Source: an uncultured delta proteobacterium
GTDB lineage: Bacteria > Bdellovibrionota > FAC87 > UBA2466
NCBI GenBank assembly: GCA_963778115.1
Contig: CAVZSV010000004.1
Span: forward strand, 2,720,001-2,784,000
DNA length: 64,000 bases
Direction: 5' to 3'
In this document: in pieces, positions 38,755 through 48,975 of the stretch
How the letters are laid out: each line of letters begins with the position of its first letter
Numbering within the stretch: position 1 is the first letter of the stretch
The notes under the pieces: model-generated
What the model was told of the DNA's origin: nothing
The model's database searches: none
What the model saw: only the letters and a program-made list of their open reading frames with translations
Translations under genes and position numbers: made by a program

Positions 38755-39627
38755 CTACTGGCCGTCTGAGGAGGTCGTGTCTTTCTTGGTAGATCCGGCA
38801 AGGCTACGAGGGTGCTGGGTGATACCCGTGGGAGGGGGCGGAGGTGGCGCAGTCATTCCGGCCAGACTGCGGGCCGCTATTTTTTTCGTAAATAATTCTG
38901 CTGATTTGCTGTCGGGCCAGTAAATAGGAATCTCTAACTTTCCTTGGAGTTCGGCCTTCTCATTGCTGAAAGGGGTCGAAAGTTCGCTGTTAAACTCGAG
39001 CCGCATCGTTTGGGTCTTGAATTGGAGGGTGGAGCTGCCGTTCTCGGTTTTGACCTCCCGGGGGTCAAAAAGCGGGGTAACGATGACCGAACCGCTTTGA
39101 GCAAAGTACGTGCTTTTGAGACGCTGTTCGTCGGCCTGTTCTCGCGGGGCGGAGGGAGAGGTCATCATCATAAGGCCAAGGTTGAAAATATTGTTGGTTT
39201 TGGCGTCCCGAATTTTCGTTTGAAAAGTCTGTGATGTCGTGGGGATGTGCTTAGTAATCAAACTCATCGATCCAAACTGAGACACCTGTTCTTGAAGTTT
39301 CGAGGCCATCGTCCCCAGTTGAATCTGGATGATGAACGCCCCTTTGAATTCTTCGCGGTAGGCTTCGGGTAATAGTTTTGCCGGATAGACGATTCCTAAA
39401 CCGTACCGTCCCGATTCCGGCCCCAGGTCAATAAGTTCTACTTTGCCGCCCTGACGATAGACCACAGTACCCGATCCGGCGTGAGTCTCAGGAGCGAAGA
39501 TATCGATAGCGTCGGCAGCCGGCTCGCCGGCCTTTCCGGCTCCTAATAACGGCACCACAGCGGACGTTTGCCCGGCCAAAAGTAAGAGAATACTGAAAAG
39601 CGGAAATATGAGGGGATTACGCTTCAA
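38755..39627 (-). CDS. Hypothetical secreted protein
   Basis: TTG start after AGGAG, signal peptide, Pro-rich C-terminal tail. Confidence 0.65.
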   Translation of the reverse strand: MKRNPLIFPLFSILLLLAGQTSAVVPLLGAGKAGEPAADAIDIFAPETHAGSGTVVYRQGGKVELIDLGPESGRYGLGIVYPAKLLPEAYREEFKGAFIIQIQLGTMASKLQEQVSQFGSMSLITKHIPTTSQTFQTKIRDAKTNNIFNLGLMMMTSPSAPREQADEQRLKSTYFAQSGSVIVTPLFDPREVKTENGSSTLQFKTQTMRLEFNSELSTPFSNEKAELQGKLEIPIYWPDSKSAELFTKKIAARSLAGMTAPPPPPPTGITQHPRSLAGSTKKDTTSSDGQ

Positions 39628-39922
39628 CGAGCTCCTGCCAAATGCGATCGAAGTCTTCCGGGGTGTTTTCCGTCGTCCATAAAGGGGGTTTGCCTTCACG
39701 GTAGATTACCACGGTGCACCCCGCGGCGTTGCAGTGGCCGAGGCAACCGGTGCGCGTAGCTTTGTGGGTCTGGTAGATACCTGCCTCTTTAAGTTTGCTC
39801 TTAAGCTTTGAGAAAAATTCGTGACCGCCCGCAGCATTGCAACAGGCCCTTCCGTCATCTCGATCGTTGGTACAGACGAAGGCTTGGGCTTTAACGCCTT
39901 TGTTGGCGATGTACTTTGTCAT
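39617..39922 (-). CDS. Thioredoxin-like [2Fe-2S] ferredoxin
   Basis: FVCTN.R...CC; GCLGHC; VVIY. Confidence 0.85.
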   Translation of the reverse strand: MTKYIANKGVKAQAFVCTNDRDDGRACCNAAGGHEFFSKLKSKLKEAGIYQTHKATRTGCLGHCNAAGCTVVIYREGKPPLWTTENTPEDFDRIWQELVEA

Positions 39923-39936
39923 AATAACAACCCTTC

Positions 39937-42900
39937 TTAAACTCTTTCTATTTTACCCTTCTGAAAGAGGTAGTCTACATAGCGGTTGGTCAATTTTTCC
40001 GACAGGCTATTCATCTTCAGCCGCTCATTGAGATTCTTAAAATCCACACAATCCATGTGTTGATCTTGGTTGTAGCAGGAGAAGACGAAAGTCTCTTTCT
40101 TCGTGACGGGATCAATGTGCCGTTGCAAACACTGGGCACATACCTCTTTCATCATGCATTGCATGGCCGAGTTGATGGAAGCAATTCCCACGTGATCTTT
40201 TTTCAGATAGGGAGCTAGCACTCCATGGCGGGCTTCGGTTACCGCACTCATCATGCGGTCGGAGCCGATGGCGATAATGTGATCTACTTTATTGGTGGAG
40301 AAGAGGGGGTTTTTCTGAAGCTCGCCCTTCGCATAGGCGAGGATTGCTTGCACGATATTTCCCGTGAACGCGATGTCTTGGGGTCTTCGCGCCGGAATCG
40401 TTCCGGAGTCCACCGCCCAAATCACCTGATCCGTAACCGCTTCAATATCGTCCTGCTTAAAAATATCTTGCGGCTTTTTGTAACCGGCGAAGTAGAGGAC
40501 TTTGCTGTTATTGGCTCGAAGTGCCTTTGCGATGGAGAGAAGAACCGCGTTGCCGAGTCCTCCTCCCACGAGCATCACCGTTTGGCTCGGTGGAATTTCA
40601 CTGGGGGTTCCTGTGGGACCCATTACCACGACGGGATCTCCGGGTTTTAGCATCGAACAAAGACGGGAGCTAGCGCCCATTTCAAGGACTATCATGCTTA
40701 AGAGATCATTCTCTTTGTCTACCCAAGCGCCCGTGAGTGCGATTCCTTCGAGTTGTAAGCGGCTATTTTCAATCGAGTGAGCCGAGGTTTCGTAATTTTG
40801 CAGACGATAAAACTGACCGGGCTCAAACTTGTTCGAAGCATAGTGCGCTTTCACTATGACTTCCACGATAGTGGGCGTCAGACGGACTACCCGGACAATT
40901 CGAGGAACTAAAGCTTCATCGAGATGCTTGGTTAGCTGCTCAAAGTGAGAGAAGTCGGCTCCAGCGCCTTTTTCGGCGGACAGGATATCATTCCAGAAAA
41001 GTTTGGAAACGTGGGGCGCTCCGCGCTTGGCTGAAGCCATCGCTTTGACAACGTTTCCAGCGAAGTCAGGATGGTTGTCCCCATAAAACGTCACAAAGCG
41101 GTTATGCTTTTCGTAGGACAAGAAGAAAGCCTCTCGAGATTTTCCACTCACTTCCGTGAGGCCCCAATTCCCCTCAGCGGTCTTTTCGGCTTGGTATTTT
41201 CGGAAAAAATACTTTTTGTCGTCGAGTTTGAAAGTTCCCGGAAATTCTCGCTCGTAGATCGTATTAGGGCTGGTACCGGCCGCGACGCAGACCGATTTTG
41301 CGGGTAGGGTGATTTCAGTATTGTCCGCTCTTTGAAATTTAATGGCATCCACGGCTCCGAAGCAATCCCTGACGGCCTCCACGGGATTGAGGTTTTCGAT
41401 GAAGGTGATTCCTTCCTCGAGTGCCTTAATCACTTCTTCATGGTTGAGGCGGTAGGCCGGAGAATCCGACATTTTCTTTCGGTAGGCGATGGAAACCCCA
41501 CCCCAACTTCGGCAAAGAGAAATAAAATTAGGATTTCGTTTTTCCTTCTCCGCTTTGGCGCGCTCTTCGCGAACGGCCTTTCCGTGCTCGATAAAAGTCT
41601 TTAAAATCCCTTTTTCTTCTTCGTCACACATCCCCCAGACGGTGGTTTCCGTAAATTCTCGACAAAGGAGTTCAAAACGATCGAGAGCCTTTTCGACTTG
41701 CAAAGGGTAATACGCTAACAACTCAGTTGCAGTGTCGATGGCGGTAAGCCCGCCTCCGATGACCACCGCTGGCAATCTTACTTGTAAATTAGCAAGCGAA
41801 GGGCGCTTAAAAGCTCCCGTGAGTTGAAGCGCCATCAGAAAATCGCTGGCCTTACGAATCCCGCGGATGAGATTATTTTTCATGTTGATGACGGTGGGTC
41901 TACCGGCACCGGTAGCAAAGGCCACATGCTTAAAACCTAAATCCCATGCATCATCTAATGTCAGCGTTCCGCCAAAGCGGACTCCGCCATAAACGCGAAG
42001 ATTTTTTCGGCGCAACAGGGTCAAATAGATGACGGCAAGAAAGTTTTTATCCCAACGAACGGTGATTCCGTACTCGGAAACGCCTCCGAACCCCATCAAA
42101 ATACGTTCATCGAGGTCTTTCTTAAGTTCGGAATAGTTTTGAATCGGCTTGGGAAATGGCTTGCCCTTCCCGGTCAAAGTAGCGTCCACGGGTTCTAGCT
42201 TTAAGCCATCGATTCCGACAACCCCAAAGCCGTCGTTGGCTAAATAGTGCGAAAGCGTATAGCCGGCGGGGCCGAGCCCTACCACAAGAACGTCGTTACC
42301 ATTATAAGGAAGCGCAAAGGGGCGACGTTTGTTGATGGGATTGAAACGAGTAAGAAGGCTGTAAATTTCGAAACCGTACGGCAGATTAAGAACATCCGTC
42401 AGAACCCCCGTTTCGTTCTGCGGAATATTTACGGGATCCTGTTTCTGGAAAATGCAGCCTTTCATGCAATCGTTACAGATGCGATGCCCCGTTCCCGGGC
42501 ACATCGGATTGTCGAGCATAATCATGGCGAGAGAGGCTATCACTTCGCCCTGTTTTCTAAGCCAGTGCATTTCTGAAATCCTCTCGTCGAGAGGACACCC
42601 TTCGAGTTCGATTCCGAGGGGATTTTTCTTAAAACCACCGCTCTTTTCGACAAACCCTTTGGTACAAGAATCCTTTTCTCTCTGGTGACAGTAAATGCAG
42701 TAGTCAATCTCGCGCAAAACCTGTTTGGGATTCATCCTGCCGTCCGTTAGCTTAAAACCTTCTCGGAACCGCAAGTGCTGGGAAGGGCCCACACTCTTCT
42801 CGGGTAAAGCGCTATCCGGATGTTCCGTCGGGACCAGCTTTTCATACTCGATCTTGTTGGGACGAACAAAAGAAACCCAGTCCTTAATGGCAACTCGTCG

Positions 42901-43536
42901 CGCGGGATCTATCCAAACTTGAGCACTCCAATCTTCGAAGGTTTGCAGTGCCAACTGTATCTTTTCCAATACGGTGGGCGCAGGAAAATGAGAACAAAGA
43001 TTTTGAATCCGTTGCGCTTCCGAAGGGCCCAAGGCCTCCGTTTTTAATTTCTTTTCACAGTCCACGAGAAAAATTACGACTTCGGCCAATCGCTGTTCGT
43101 CATCGATGCGGCCGGAAGGGGGTTCGTGCGAAAGGATGCGCTTAACGCCTTCGTCTAATTCCTTAAAGCGCGCGGCGTCGACGGCAGCTTCGGTAAACCG
43201 TTTGAAGACCCGAATGTTAAGGAAGTCTTTCTTGAAACGAAAGACGGGCTGAAGTTCTAGCGTATCGTTCTTAAGTTTCGCCGTGTAAGTCGTGATGTTG
43301 AAGAGTTTTGCTAGAAAATCGCCCACAAGTTTCGCGGCGTCGATAAGAATCTCAGCTTCTTGAGGTGGCGTCACCTTGTCGGTTCCCACAGTTTCGAATC
43401 GTTCGCGAAGATTGGGAGTCGCAGCCGTGGCGAATTTCCAGAACTCCGAGTGCAGATCGCGCAATCGATCCACGTTGTAGAGATCGGAAAAGTGAAATCC
43501 GCTGACACCAAGCGGTAGGTCTTTAAGGTCGCTCAT
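39937..43536 (-). CDS. Large Fe-S flavoprotein: GltD/NfnB-like domain fused to a PyrK/NfnA-like domain
   Basis: CIYCH...SC, GCP, CPGTGHRICNDCMKGC; VVGLGPAG; IGGGLTAID; then PGQF, MGPTG, GGGLGNA, CMMKEVCAQC...C. Confidence 0.85.
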   Translation of the reverse strand: MSDLKDLPLGVSGFHFSDLYNVDRLRDLHSEFWKFATAATPNLRERFETVGTDKVTPPQEAEILIDAAKLVGDFLAKLFNITTYTAKLKNDTLELQPVFRFKKDFLNIRVFKRFTEAAVDAARFKELDEGVKRILSHEPPSGRIDDEQRLAEVVIFLVDCEKKLKTEALGPSEAQRIQNLCSHFPAPTVLEKIQLALQTFEDWSAQVWIDPARRVAIKDWVSFVRPNKIEYEKLVPTEHPDSALPEKSVGPSQHLRFREGFKLTDGRMNPKQVLREIDYCIYCHQREKDSCTKGFVEKSGGFKKNPLGIELEGCPLDERISEMHWLRKQGEVIASLAMIMLDNPMCPGTGHRICNDCMKGCIFQKQDPVNIPQNETGVLTDVLNLPYGFEIYSLLTRFNPINKRRPFALPYNGNDVLVVGLGPAGYTLSHYLANDGFGVVGIDGLKLEPVDATLTGKGKPFPKPIQNYSELKKDLDERILMGFGGVSEYGITVRWDKNFLAVIYLTLLRRKNLRVYGGVRFGGTLTLDDAWDLGFKHVAFATGAGRPTVINMKNNLIRGIRKASDFLMALQLTGAFKRPSLANLQVRLPAVVIGGGLTAIDTATELLAYYPLQVEKALDRFELLCREFTETTVWGMCDEEEKGILKTFIEHGKAVREERAKAEKEKRNPNFISLCRSWGGVSIAYRKKMSDSPAYRLNHEEVIKALEEGITFIENLNPVEAVRDCFGAVDAIKFQRADNTEITLPAKSVCVAAGTSPNTIYEREFPGTFKLDDKKYFFRKYQAEKTAEGNWGLTEVSGKSREAFFLSYEKHNRFVTFYGDNHPDFAGNVVKAMASAKRGAPHVSKLFWNDILSAEKGAGADFSHFEQLTKHLDEALVPRIVRVVRLTPTIVEVIVKAHYASNKFEPGQFYRLQNYETSAHSIENSRLQLEGIALTGAWVDKENDLLSMIVLEMGASSRLCSMLKPGDPVVVMGPTGTPSEIPPSQTVMLVGGGLGNAVLLSIAKALRANNSKVLYFAGYKKPQDIFKQDDIEAVTDQVIWAVDSGTIPARRPQDIAFTGNIVQAILAYAKGELQKNPLFSTNKVDHIIAIGSDRMMSAVTEARHGVLAPYLKKDHVGIASINSAMQCMMKEVCAQCLQRHIDPVTKKETFVFSCYNQDQHMDCVDFKNLNERLKMNSLSEKLTNRYVDYLFQKGKIERV

Positions 43537-43678
43537 GATTGGAAGTTTTCCTCACTACTTGCCGTCTATAAATATCGTCATTACGGCGGGTTATCAACTT
43601 TTTCCTTGGAGTTGCGACTCTTCGATGCCCTGTCGTTAAATGCACTCTCCCAATTTCTATAATTTTCGAAGTCCGAGC

Positions 43679-43796
43679 GGGCTAGACATAGGAAATAACG
43701 CTAGAGCGACAGGCTAAAGCTAGCGCTAGAAAAGCCAAAAATTATAGGCTAGCACTCGCTCTAGCCTGGCGCTTTAGCTTTATTATCTAGATCTAG
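43679..43796. repeat. CTAG-dense array with a 23-bp imperfect inverted repeat
   Basis: 43700-43722 versus 43756-43778 match at 19/23 as inverted repeats; 8 CTAG in about 120 bp. Confidence 0.75.
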
Positions 43797-43803
43797 TTCT
43801 AAT

Positions 43804-44136
43804 TTATTTGTCTTTGAGCTTATTGCCGGCCTTCTTAATAGAGTCGGCGGCTTTTTCAGCGGTGGAAGCTAGCGTTTCATAACCTTTGGAAGCGATTCGT
43901 GCCCCTTTGGCCACAATATCCAAACCCTTTGCGGTTGCATTTGCGCCCTGGGAGAGGTTCGTCTTGTTGAGCGCTTCACCGGCTTTGCTAATGGCCGTTT
44001 TTGAGCCTTCAATTCCCACACCCACGGCCTGTTTTAGCGTTCCCACCGTCTTAGCGGCGTCTTTGCCGATCTTGGTGGCCTTGTCTTTCAGATCTCCGAC
44101 GTTCTTTAGAATCTTGGGAATGGACTCTTTTTTCAT
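43804..44136 (-). CDS. Lys/Ala/Gly-rich amphipathic small protein, last gene of the Tad operon
   Basis: 110 aa; starts 18 bp after the YD-repeat gene; no signal peptide. Confidence 0.7.
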   Translation of the reverse strand: MKKESIPKILKNVGDLKDKATKIGKDAAKTVGTLKQAVGVGIEGSKTAISKAGEALNKTNLSQGANATAKGLDIVAKGARIASKGYETLASTAEKAADSIKKAGNKLKDK

Positions 44137-44154
44137 TTAGGAAAACCCTTATGC

Positions 44155-45894
44155 TTAGCTTGCTAGCAGATTTACACCCGCGGGGCGAATCACATCAAGC
44201 AAATGTTGAAAGCCCTGCATTACGCGGCGAACCACCTCTTGTGATTTAAGCTGGGTGGGCTTTCGGCCGACTTCCTTCGAGACCGCTGTTTCGGTCTTTC
44301 TGATTCTGCCTTCGCCATCGTATTCCACTCGGATGGTTCCGACTTTTTTATCTGCAATAAGAATTGGTTTGCCTTGATCGCCGTATTTGAAAGTGATCTC
44401 CTGACCTCTTAAATCGTTCATTTCAGTGATGCGGCCCAGTTTGTCGTACTTGAGACTCACCTTTTCGTTGTGGGAGTTGCTTCCTTTGACGAGATTTCCG
44501 TGATCGTCGTACTCATACTCAGAGGAAAATCCGCTTTGGCTTACTTTGGTGACCTTCTTCCATCTGGGGTCATACTCCAGACGAATATCCTCTTTGGGAT
44601 TTACTTTTTCGGCGAGAAGCCCGTTGTCGTAATATTTGAAATTTGTCACTTCTCCGTTCTTGGTAATCTGCGTGGGGCGACCGCAACAGGGAGTAAAAAG
44701 GGTGACGGTGGTAACGCCGTTTAGGCGCGTCTCTTGTTTATAGAGGTACTTCGTACCATCCGTTCGTGCTTTAATGAAAAATTCGTCGTATTGCTCGTCG
44801 TTAACGTTGGGTCCCTTGGCGACCGATTTGGTCCAGAAATTGTTTTCCGGATCGTTGGGCTGCTTGCCATAAGTATAGTCGGTATCGACCCCATCTTTTT
44901 CGTGGTGAAAGACAACAAGCCCATTATCGTCGTATCTCAGCTCGCGAAAGACAGGGGAACCCGGTTTACTTTCCGACACGTAATCGACTTTAGTCAGCAA
45001 ATGAGGAAAACGTTTGTTTTCATATTTATAGCCGTAAACCTGTCGCGCGCTGTCGGTGACTTCGACTAGATTTCCCTGAGCATCATAATTGTATTTTGCT
45101 CGCTGGTTACGGTTGTCGATCACTTCGATGACACGGTCCTGTTTCCACGTGAATCTAAGTGTACTAGCGTTGTCTTGTGTGGCTATCTCTGTCACTTGAA
45201 GTTTCTGCGAACCGGAATATTTGTAGTCTTGATAAAATCCGTTCTTATCGCGTTGGCGGCTGAGTCTGCCGTTGTTGTCGAAATATTGGGTGATACCGTC
45301 TTTCTCTCTAATCCAGAGGTCATTTTTAAATTGAAGCGTTTGGTATCCGAATTCCGACGAAACCAGAATCTCACCGGGCGGAATGTTTCCTTTTACGCCG
45401 AATTTGGAAGCAAGCTCCATCCTAAATTGGGGATCGCCTTTAAGCTTTGAGACAATACGGTCGGGTAATTGCATTTTTGCCAGTTGACTGTCAGATAGCT
45501 TGCGATTTGTTTTTCTTTCGAAGTACGCGCGCTTCATTCGAGCCATGAACTCTTCGCGAACTTTGGGATCGTCTTTTTCGGGTTTGAACAGAACCGTGTT
45601 TCCCGTCACTCCGTCTCGAAGCAGAACGTGGTGTTCGGCAGTAATGGTGAGGGAGGTTTCGAAAGGTACCGTCCATCCCCACCCAAAAGCTCCGTTCCAT
45701 CCACTCACTTCATTAACCGCAGTGATGGAATTGTAAGTTCGGACGAGTTCAAGGGGAACTACGGGTCCCGGAATACTAAAATCGGCGTAGACCAGACTGG
45801 CCCCGCCGTTAAGACGATTGACTGTCACAGCGTGAGAGACAATCGAAAAAGAACAGAAAAATGCTATCGCTACGAACTTTTGCGGCACACCCAT
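44155..45894 (-). CDS. Secreted YD/RHS-repeat protein without a toxin tip (Bd0109-like)
   Basis: Signal peptide; RTYNS...FG.GW N-domain; many YD..G.L repeats; no RHS core PxxxxDPxG motif. Confidence 0.85.
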   Translation of the reverse strand: MGVPQKFVAIAFFCSFSIVSHAVTVNRLNGGASLVYADFSIPGPVVPLELVRTYNSITAVNEVSGWNGAFGWGWTVPFETSLTITAEHHVLLRDGVTGNTVLFKPEKDDPKVREEFMARMKRAYFERKTNRKLSDSQLAKMQLPDRIVSKLKGDPQFRMELASKFGVKGNIPPGEILVSSEFGYQTLQFKNDLWIREKDGITQYFDNNGRLSRQRDKNGFYQDYKYSGSQKLQVTEIATQDNASTLRFTWKQDRVIEVIDNRNQRAKYNYDAQGNLVEVTDSARQVYGYKYENKRFPHLLTKVDYVSESKPGSPVFRELRYDDNGLVVFHHEKDGVDTDYTYGKQPNDPENNFWTKSVAKGPNVNDEQYDEFFIKARTDGTKYLYKQETRLNGVTTVTLFTPCCGRPTQITKNGEVTNFKYYDNGLLAEKVNPKEDIRLEYDPRWKKVTKVSQSGFSSEYEYDDHGNLVKGSNSHNEKVSLKYDKLGRITEMNDLRGQEITFKYGDQGKPILIADKKVGTIRVEYDGEGRIRKTETAVSKEVGRKPTQLKSQEVVRRVMQGFQHLLDVIRPAGVNLLAS

Positions 45895-45902
45895 TTGATC
45901 AA

Positions 45903-46778
45903 TTATACCTTAACTTGGACTATCTTCCAGATTGTCCAACCACCGATGGCCTGCAGCGACATCATCGCTGACAATAGGACCCAGCCAGGGATGGTGGTAA
46001 ACATGGGAGCAATGCGTTCGGGATCGATGGTATAGAGGATCGCACCCAAGGCAAAAGGCATCAAAACGACGATAATGCCCTGCAGCACGCCCTGGGATAC
46101 CATGGCTGCGATTTTGGATTCGATTTTTATCCGCTCACGGATGGTATAGGAAATCGAGTCGAAGGTTTCGGCCAAGTTACCGCCGGTCTCCTTTAAAATA
46201 TTGACGCTAGTCGTAAACATCTCAATGTCATCATGGGGCATGCGCACGGTGAGGTTAGAAAGAGCTTCTTCAAGAGAAATGCCCAATTTGTTTTGTGACA
46301 AGACGAGTCCAAATTCCTGGGAGATCGGATTAGGAAGTTCGTCGCATACTAATTGCAAAGCTTGCGGAACGTTTAGCCCTGACCGCATGGCGTTGGACAT
46401 CAAACTTAATCCGTCGACCATTTGAACGACAAATTTCTTGGTGCGCCGCGTATGGGCCATTCGGATCATCATGCTGGGAAGTTTCCAACCCACAACGGCA
46501 AAGAGAACCCCGAAGCAAAAGCCGCCGCCCGCCGACGGCACGAGGATAAATCCCATGAGAAAGGCGCTAATTAGGTAGGCCGCGTAGAATCGCGAAACCT
46601 GTTTGCCCGTCGTTTGAACGAACATCAAGTCGAGGGTGCTGAGCATATAGTCGCGTTCGATTACGAACTTCGAACCTACCCAGGAGTAAAGTTTGTCACC
46701 ATTGAGAAAGAGGCCAATCAAAATGACGCCTCCCACCCACACGATGCAAATCACTTCCATGATGAAAGAAAAATGCAT
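45903..46778 (-). CDS. tadB: Tad pilus platform protein (T2SSF/TadB)
   Basis: DGL.LMSN.MRSG, ETGGNLAE.F; TM segments. Confidence 0.88.
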   Translation of the reverse strand: MHFSFIMEVICIVWVGGVILIGLFLNGDKLYSWVGSKFVIERDYMLSTLDLMFVQTTGKQVSRFYAAYLISAFLMGFILVPSAGGGFCFGVLFAVVGWKLPSMMIRMAHTRRTKKFVVQMVDGLSLMSNAMRSGLNVPQALQLVCDELPNPISQEFGLVLSQNKLGISLEEALSNLTVRMPHDDIEMFTTSVNILKETGGNLAETFDSISYTIRERIKIESKIAAMVSQGVLQGIIVVLMPFALGAILYTIDPERIAPMFTTIPGWVLLSAMMSLQAIGGWTIWKIVQVKV

Positions 46779-46789
46779 AAGTCCTTTCC

Positions 46790-48973
46790 TTACGTAACCG
46801 AAAAAATACCTCGGGGAATTTTGATTCCCTGCTGTTCTAATTCATCGATAAACTTTGGAATAAATCCGGTTGCAACAAACTTACCGACGACTTTGCGATT
46901 CTTGTCGAGCCCTGTTTTTCTAAATCCGAAAATCTCCTGCATCGTAACGACATCACCCTGCATGCCAACGATTTCGGTGATGCTCGTTACTTTCCTGGAA
47001 CCGTCGGAAAGACGTGACTGTTGAACCACTAGATTTACGGCGGAAGCGATCTGCTCGCGAATGGCCTTCGCGGGAAGATCCATTCCGGCCATCATTACCA
47101 GAGTCTCTAAACGGGCGATGCAATCCCGAGGCGAGTTGGAGTGGACGGTCGTCATACTTCCGTCATGACCCGTGTTCATGGCTTGAAGCATGTCTAGCGC
47201 TTCACCGGCGCGGCACTCACCCACGACGATACGATCGGGACGCATCCGAAGGGTGTTTCTCACAAGCTCTCGAATACTGACTTCGCCTTTTCCTTCAATG
47301 TTGGCGGGTCTGGTCTCTAATCGACCCCAGTGATCTTGAGGAAGCTGAAGTTCGGCGGAGTCTTCCACGGTCAAAATTCTTTCGCCTGTCGGAATGAAAG
47401 AGGCCATCACGTTTAGCAAAGTCGTTTTACCGGAGCCGGTACCTCCTGAGATGATGACGTTCAGCCGCGCTTCGATACAGGCTCGAAGAAAATCCGCCAT
47501 CTCTTCGGTCATGGATCCGTACTTCACCAAATCCTTATAGGTAAGTCGGCTCTTTGAAAATTTTCGAATCGTGAGCATCGGCCCTTGAATCGACAAAGGA
47601 GGAATAATGGCGTGAACGCGTGAGCCGTCAGGAAGACGAGCGTCTACATAAGGGGTCTTCTCATCGATTCTTCGTCCCAATGGCGCGACAATTCGCTCGA
47701 TAACGGCTAGTAACTGTGCGGTGCCCGAAAATCCGACGTTGGTCTTTACCAACTTACCACCGCGTTCGACATAGATCTGATCCTTGCGATTGACCATGAT
47801 CTCGTTCACGGAATCGTCAGCCAAAAGGTCTTGAAGCGGTCCTAACTCTAAAGCTTCGTCCAGAATCTCTTTGACGAGTTTTTGAATTTCATCCCGGGAT
47901 TTAAAAGGGTGATCCTCTTTGTCGAGTAGTTCAACGACCACAGTCTTGGTTTTTTCTCGAAGGACTGCTTTTTTCTTGGGGTCATTTCCAGTCTCGGTAT
48001 CGACCTTTTTCAAATCCATCGTTTCGATAAGTTGTCGGTGAATGCGTTGTTTAAGGGCTGCCCAAGAATCGGCGGGCTTCTCGTCGCGCATGGAGCTACG
48101 ATCGAAGACGATGTTGGGATTGCCTTCTTTCTTTTCAGCTCCGGCGGCAGATCCTCCTGGCTTGGAACCTCGCGAAGTGAATCGCGAGAGTGCATCCGAT
48201 GGCTTTTTCAACTGGGAGAGTTTTTCTAAAAGCTGTTGCTCGGAAACCGTTCGCACCAAAGTAAAATAGGATTTTGTGATTTCCGTGCGGGCCGCAGCAA
48301 TCACGAAAGGCTGCGCTTTTGCCATTGAGGTCACTGTCGTGACTTCATCTTCAGGAATAACCGCTACAATCTGCTTTTTTAAATTGTTTTGGACAATTTG
48401 TGGTTGAATTCCCTTTTTCGGAGAGAATCGATTGAGAACGACTTTGATCATGTCCGACGGGAAGAGCAGGTTTTGTACCTTTTCAATAATCTTTCGGGTG
48501 TGGTGAAGGACGATAATTTCGGGCATGGTCAGAACGAATATCATCGAAGAGGTTTCGAGAGCTTTTACCCCGCTCGCATCTAGATCCGATCCGAGATCCA
48601 CGATGATGATATTAAAAAAATTCATCAGATGCGTAAAAGCTTTAGCGACGTGAGTGGGCTCCAAAGAACTAAGTTGTTCCACATCAAGAACGCTAGGAAT
48701 GAAGAAAATACCCGAAGAATGCTGGGCGACATAGGTGCCCATTAGATTGGCGTCGAATTTTCCTTCGTGCTGTCCGAGTTCAAGAAGCGTTCGCTTGGGT
48801 TTGAGTCCCAAGATCATGCTGATGTCGCCACAAGCTTTGGGATCCATGTCGACAAGTAACACTTTGCCTTTGGTGTCTACTGCTGTGGCGATAGCGTAGT
48901 TGGTGGCAAAGGTGGACTTACCCACCCCGCCTTTGCCGCCAAGTACCGCAATTACGTGAGAACTTTGAGCCAT
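46790..48973 (-). CDS. tadA: CpaE/TadZ (MinD-like) fused to the CpaF/TadA ATPase
   Basis: N-terminal KGGVGKST; C-terminal [39 protein letters not shown]. Confidence 0.93.
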   Translation of the reverse strand: MAQSSHVIAVLGGKGGVGKSTFATNYAIATAVDTKGKVLLVDMDPKACGDISMILGLKPKRTLLELGQHEGKFDANLMGTYVAQHSSGIFFIPSVLDVEQLSSLEPTHVAKAFTHLMNFFNIIIVDLGSDLDASGVKALETSSMIFVLTMPEIIVLHHTRKIIEKVQNLLFPSDMIKVVLNRFSPKKGIQPQIVQNNLKKQIVAVIPEDEVTTVTSMAKAQPFVIAAARTEITKSYFTLVRTVSEQQLLEKLSQLKKPSDALSRFTSRGSKPGGSAAGAEKKEGNPNIVFDRSSMRDEKPADSWAALKQRIHRQLIETMDLKKVDTETGNDPKKKAVLREKTKTVVVELLDKEDHPFKSRDEIQKLVKEILDEALELGPLQDLLADDSVNEIMVNRKDQIYVERGGKLVKTNVGFSGTAQLLAVIERIVAPLGRRIDEKTPYVDARLPDGSRVHAIIPPLSIQGPMLTIRKFSKSRLTYKDLVKYGSMTEEMADFLRACIEARLNVIISGGTGSGKTTLLNVMASFIPTGERILTVEDSAELQLPQDHWGRLETRPANIEGKGEVSIRELVRNTLRMRPDRIVVGECRAGEALDMLQAMNTGHDGSMTTVHSNSPRDCIARLETLVMMAGMDLPAKAIREQIASAVNLVVQQSRLSDGSRKVTSITEIVGMQGDVVTMQEIFGFRKTGLDKNRKVVGKFVATGFIPKFIDELEQQGIKIPRGIFSVT

Positions 48974-48975
48974 CG

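Noticed and set aside
44155..45894. Rhs polymorphic toxin with immunity gene
   Set aside because: No RHS-core cleavage motif or variable toxin tip; the protein is short, Sec-exported and embedded in the Tad operon.
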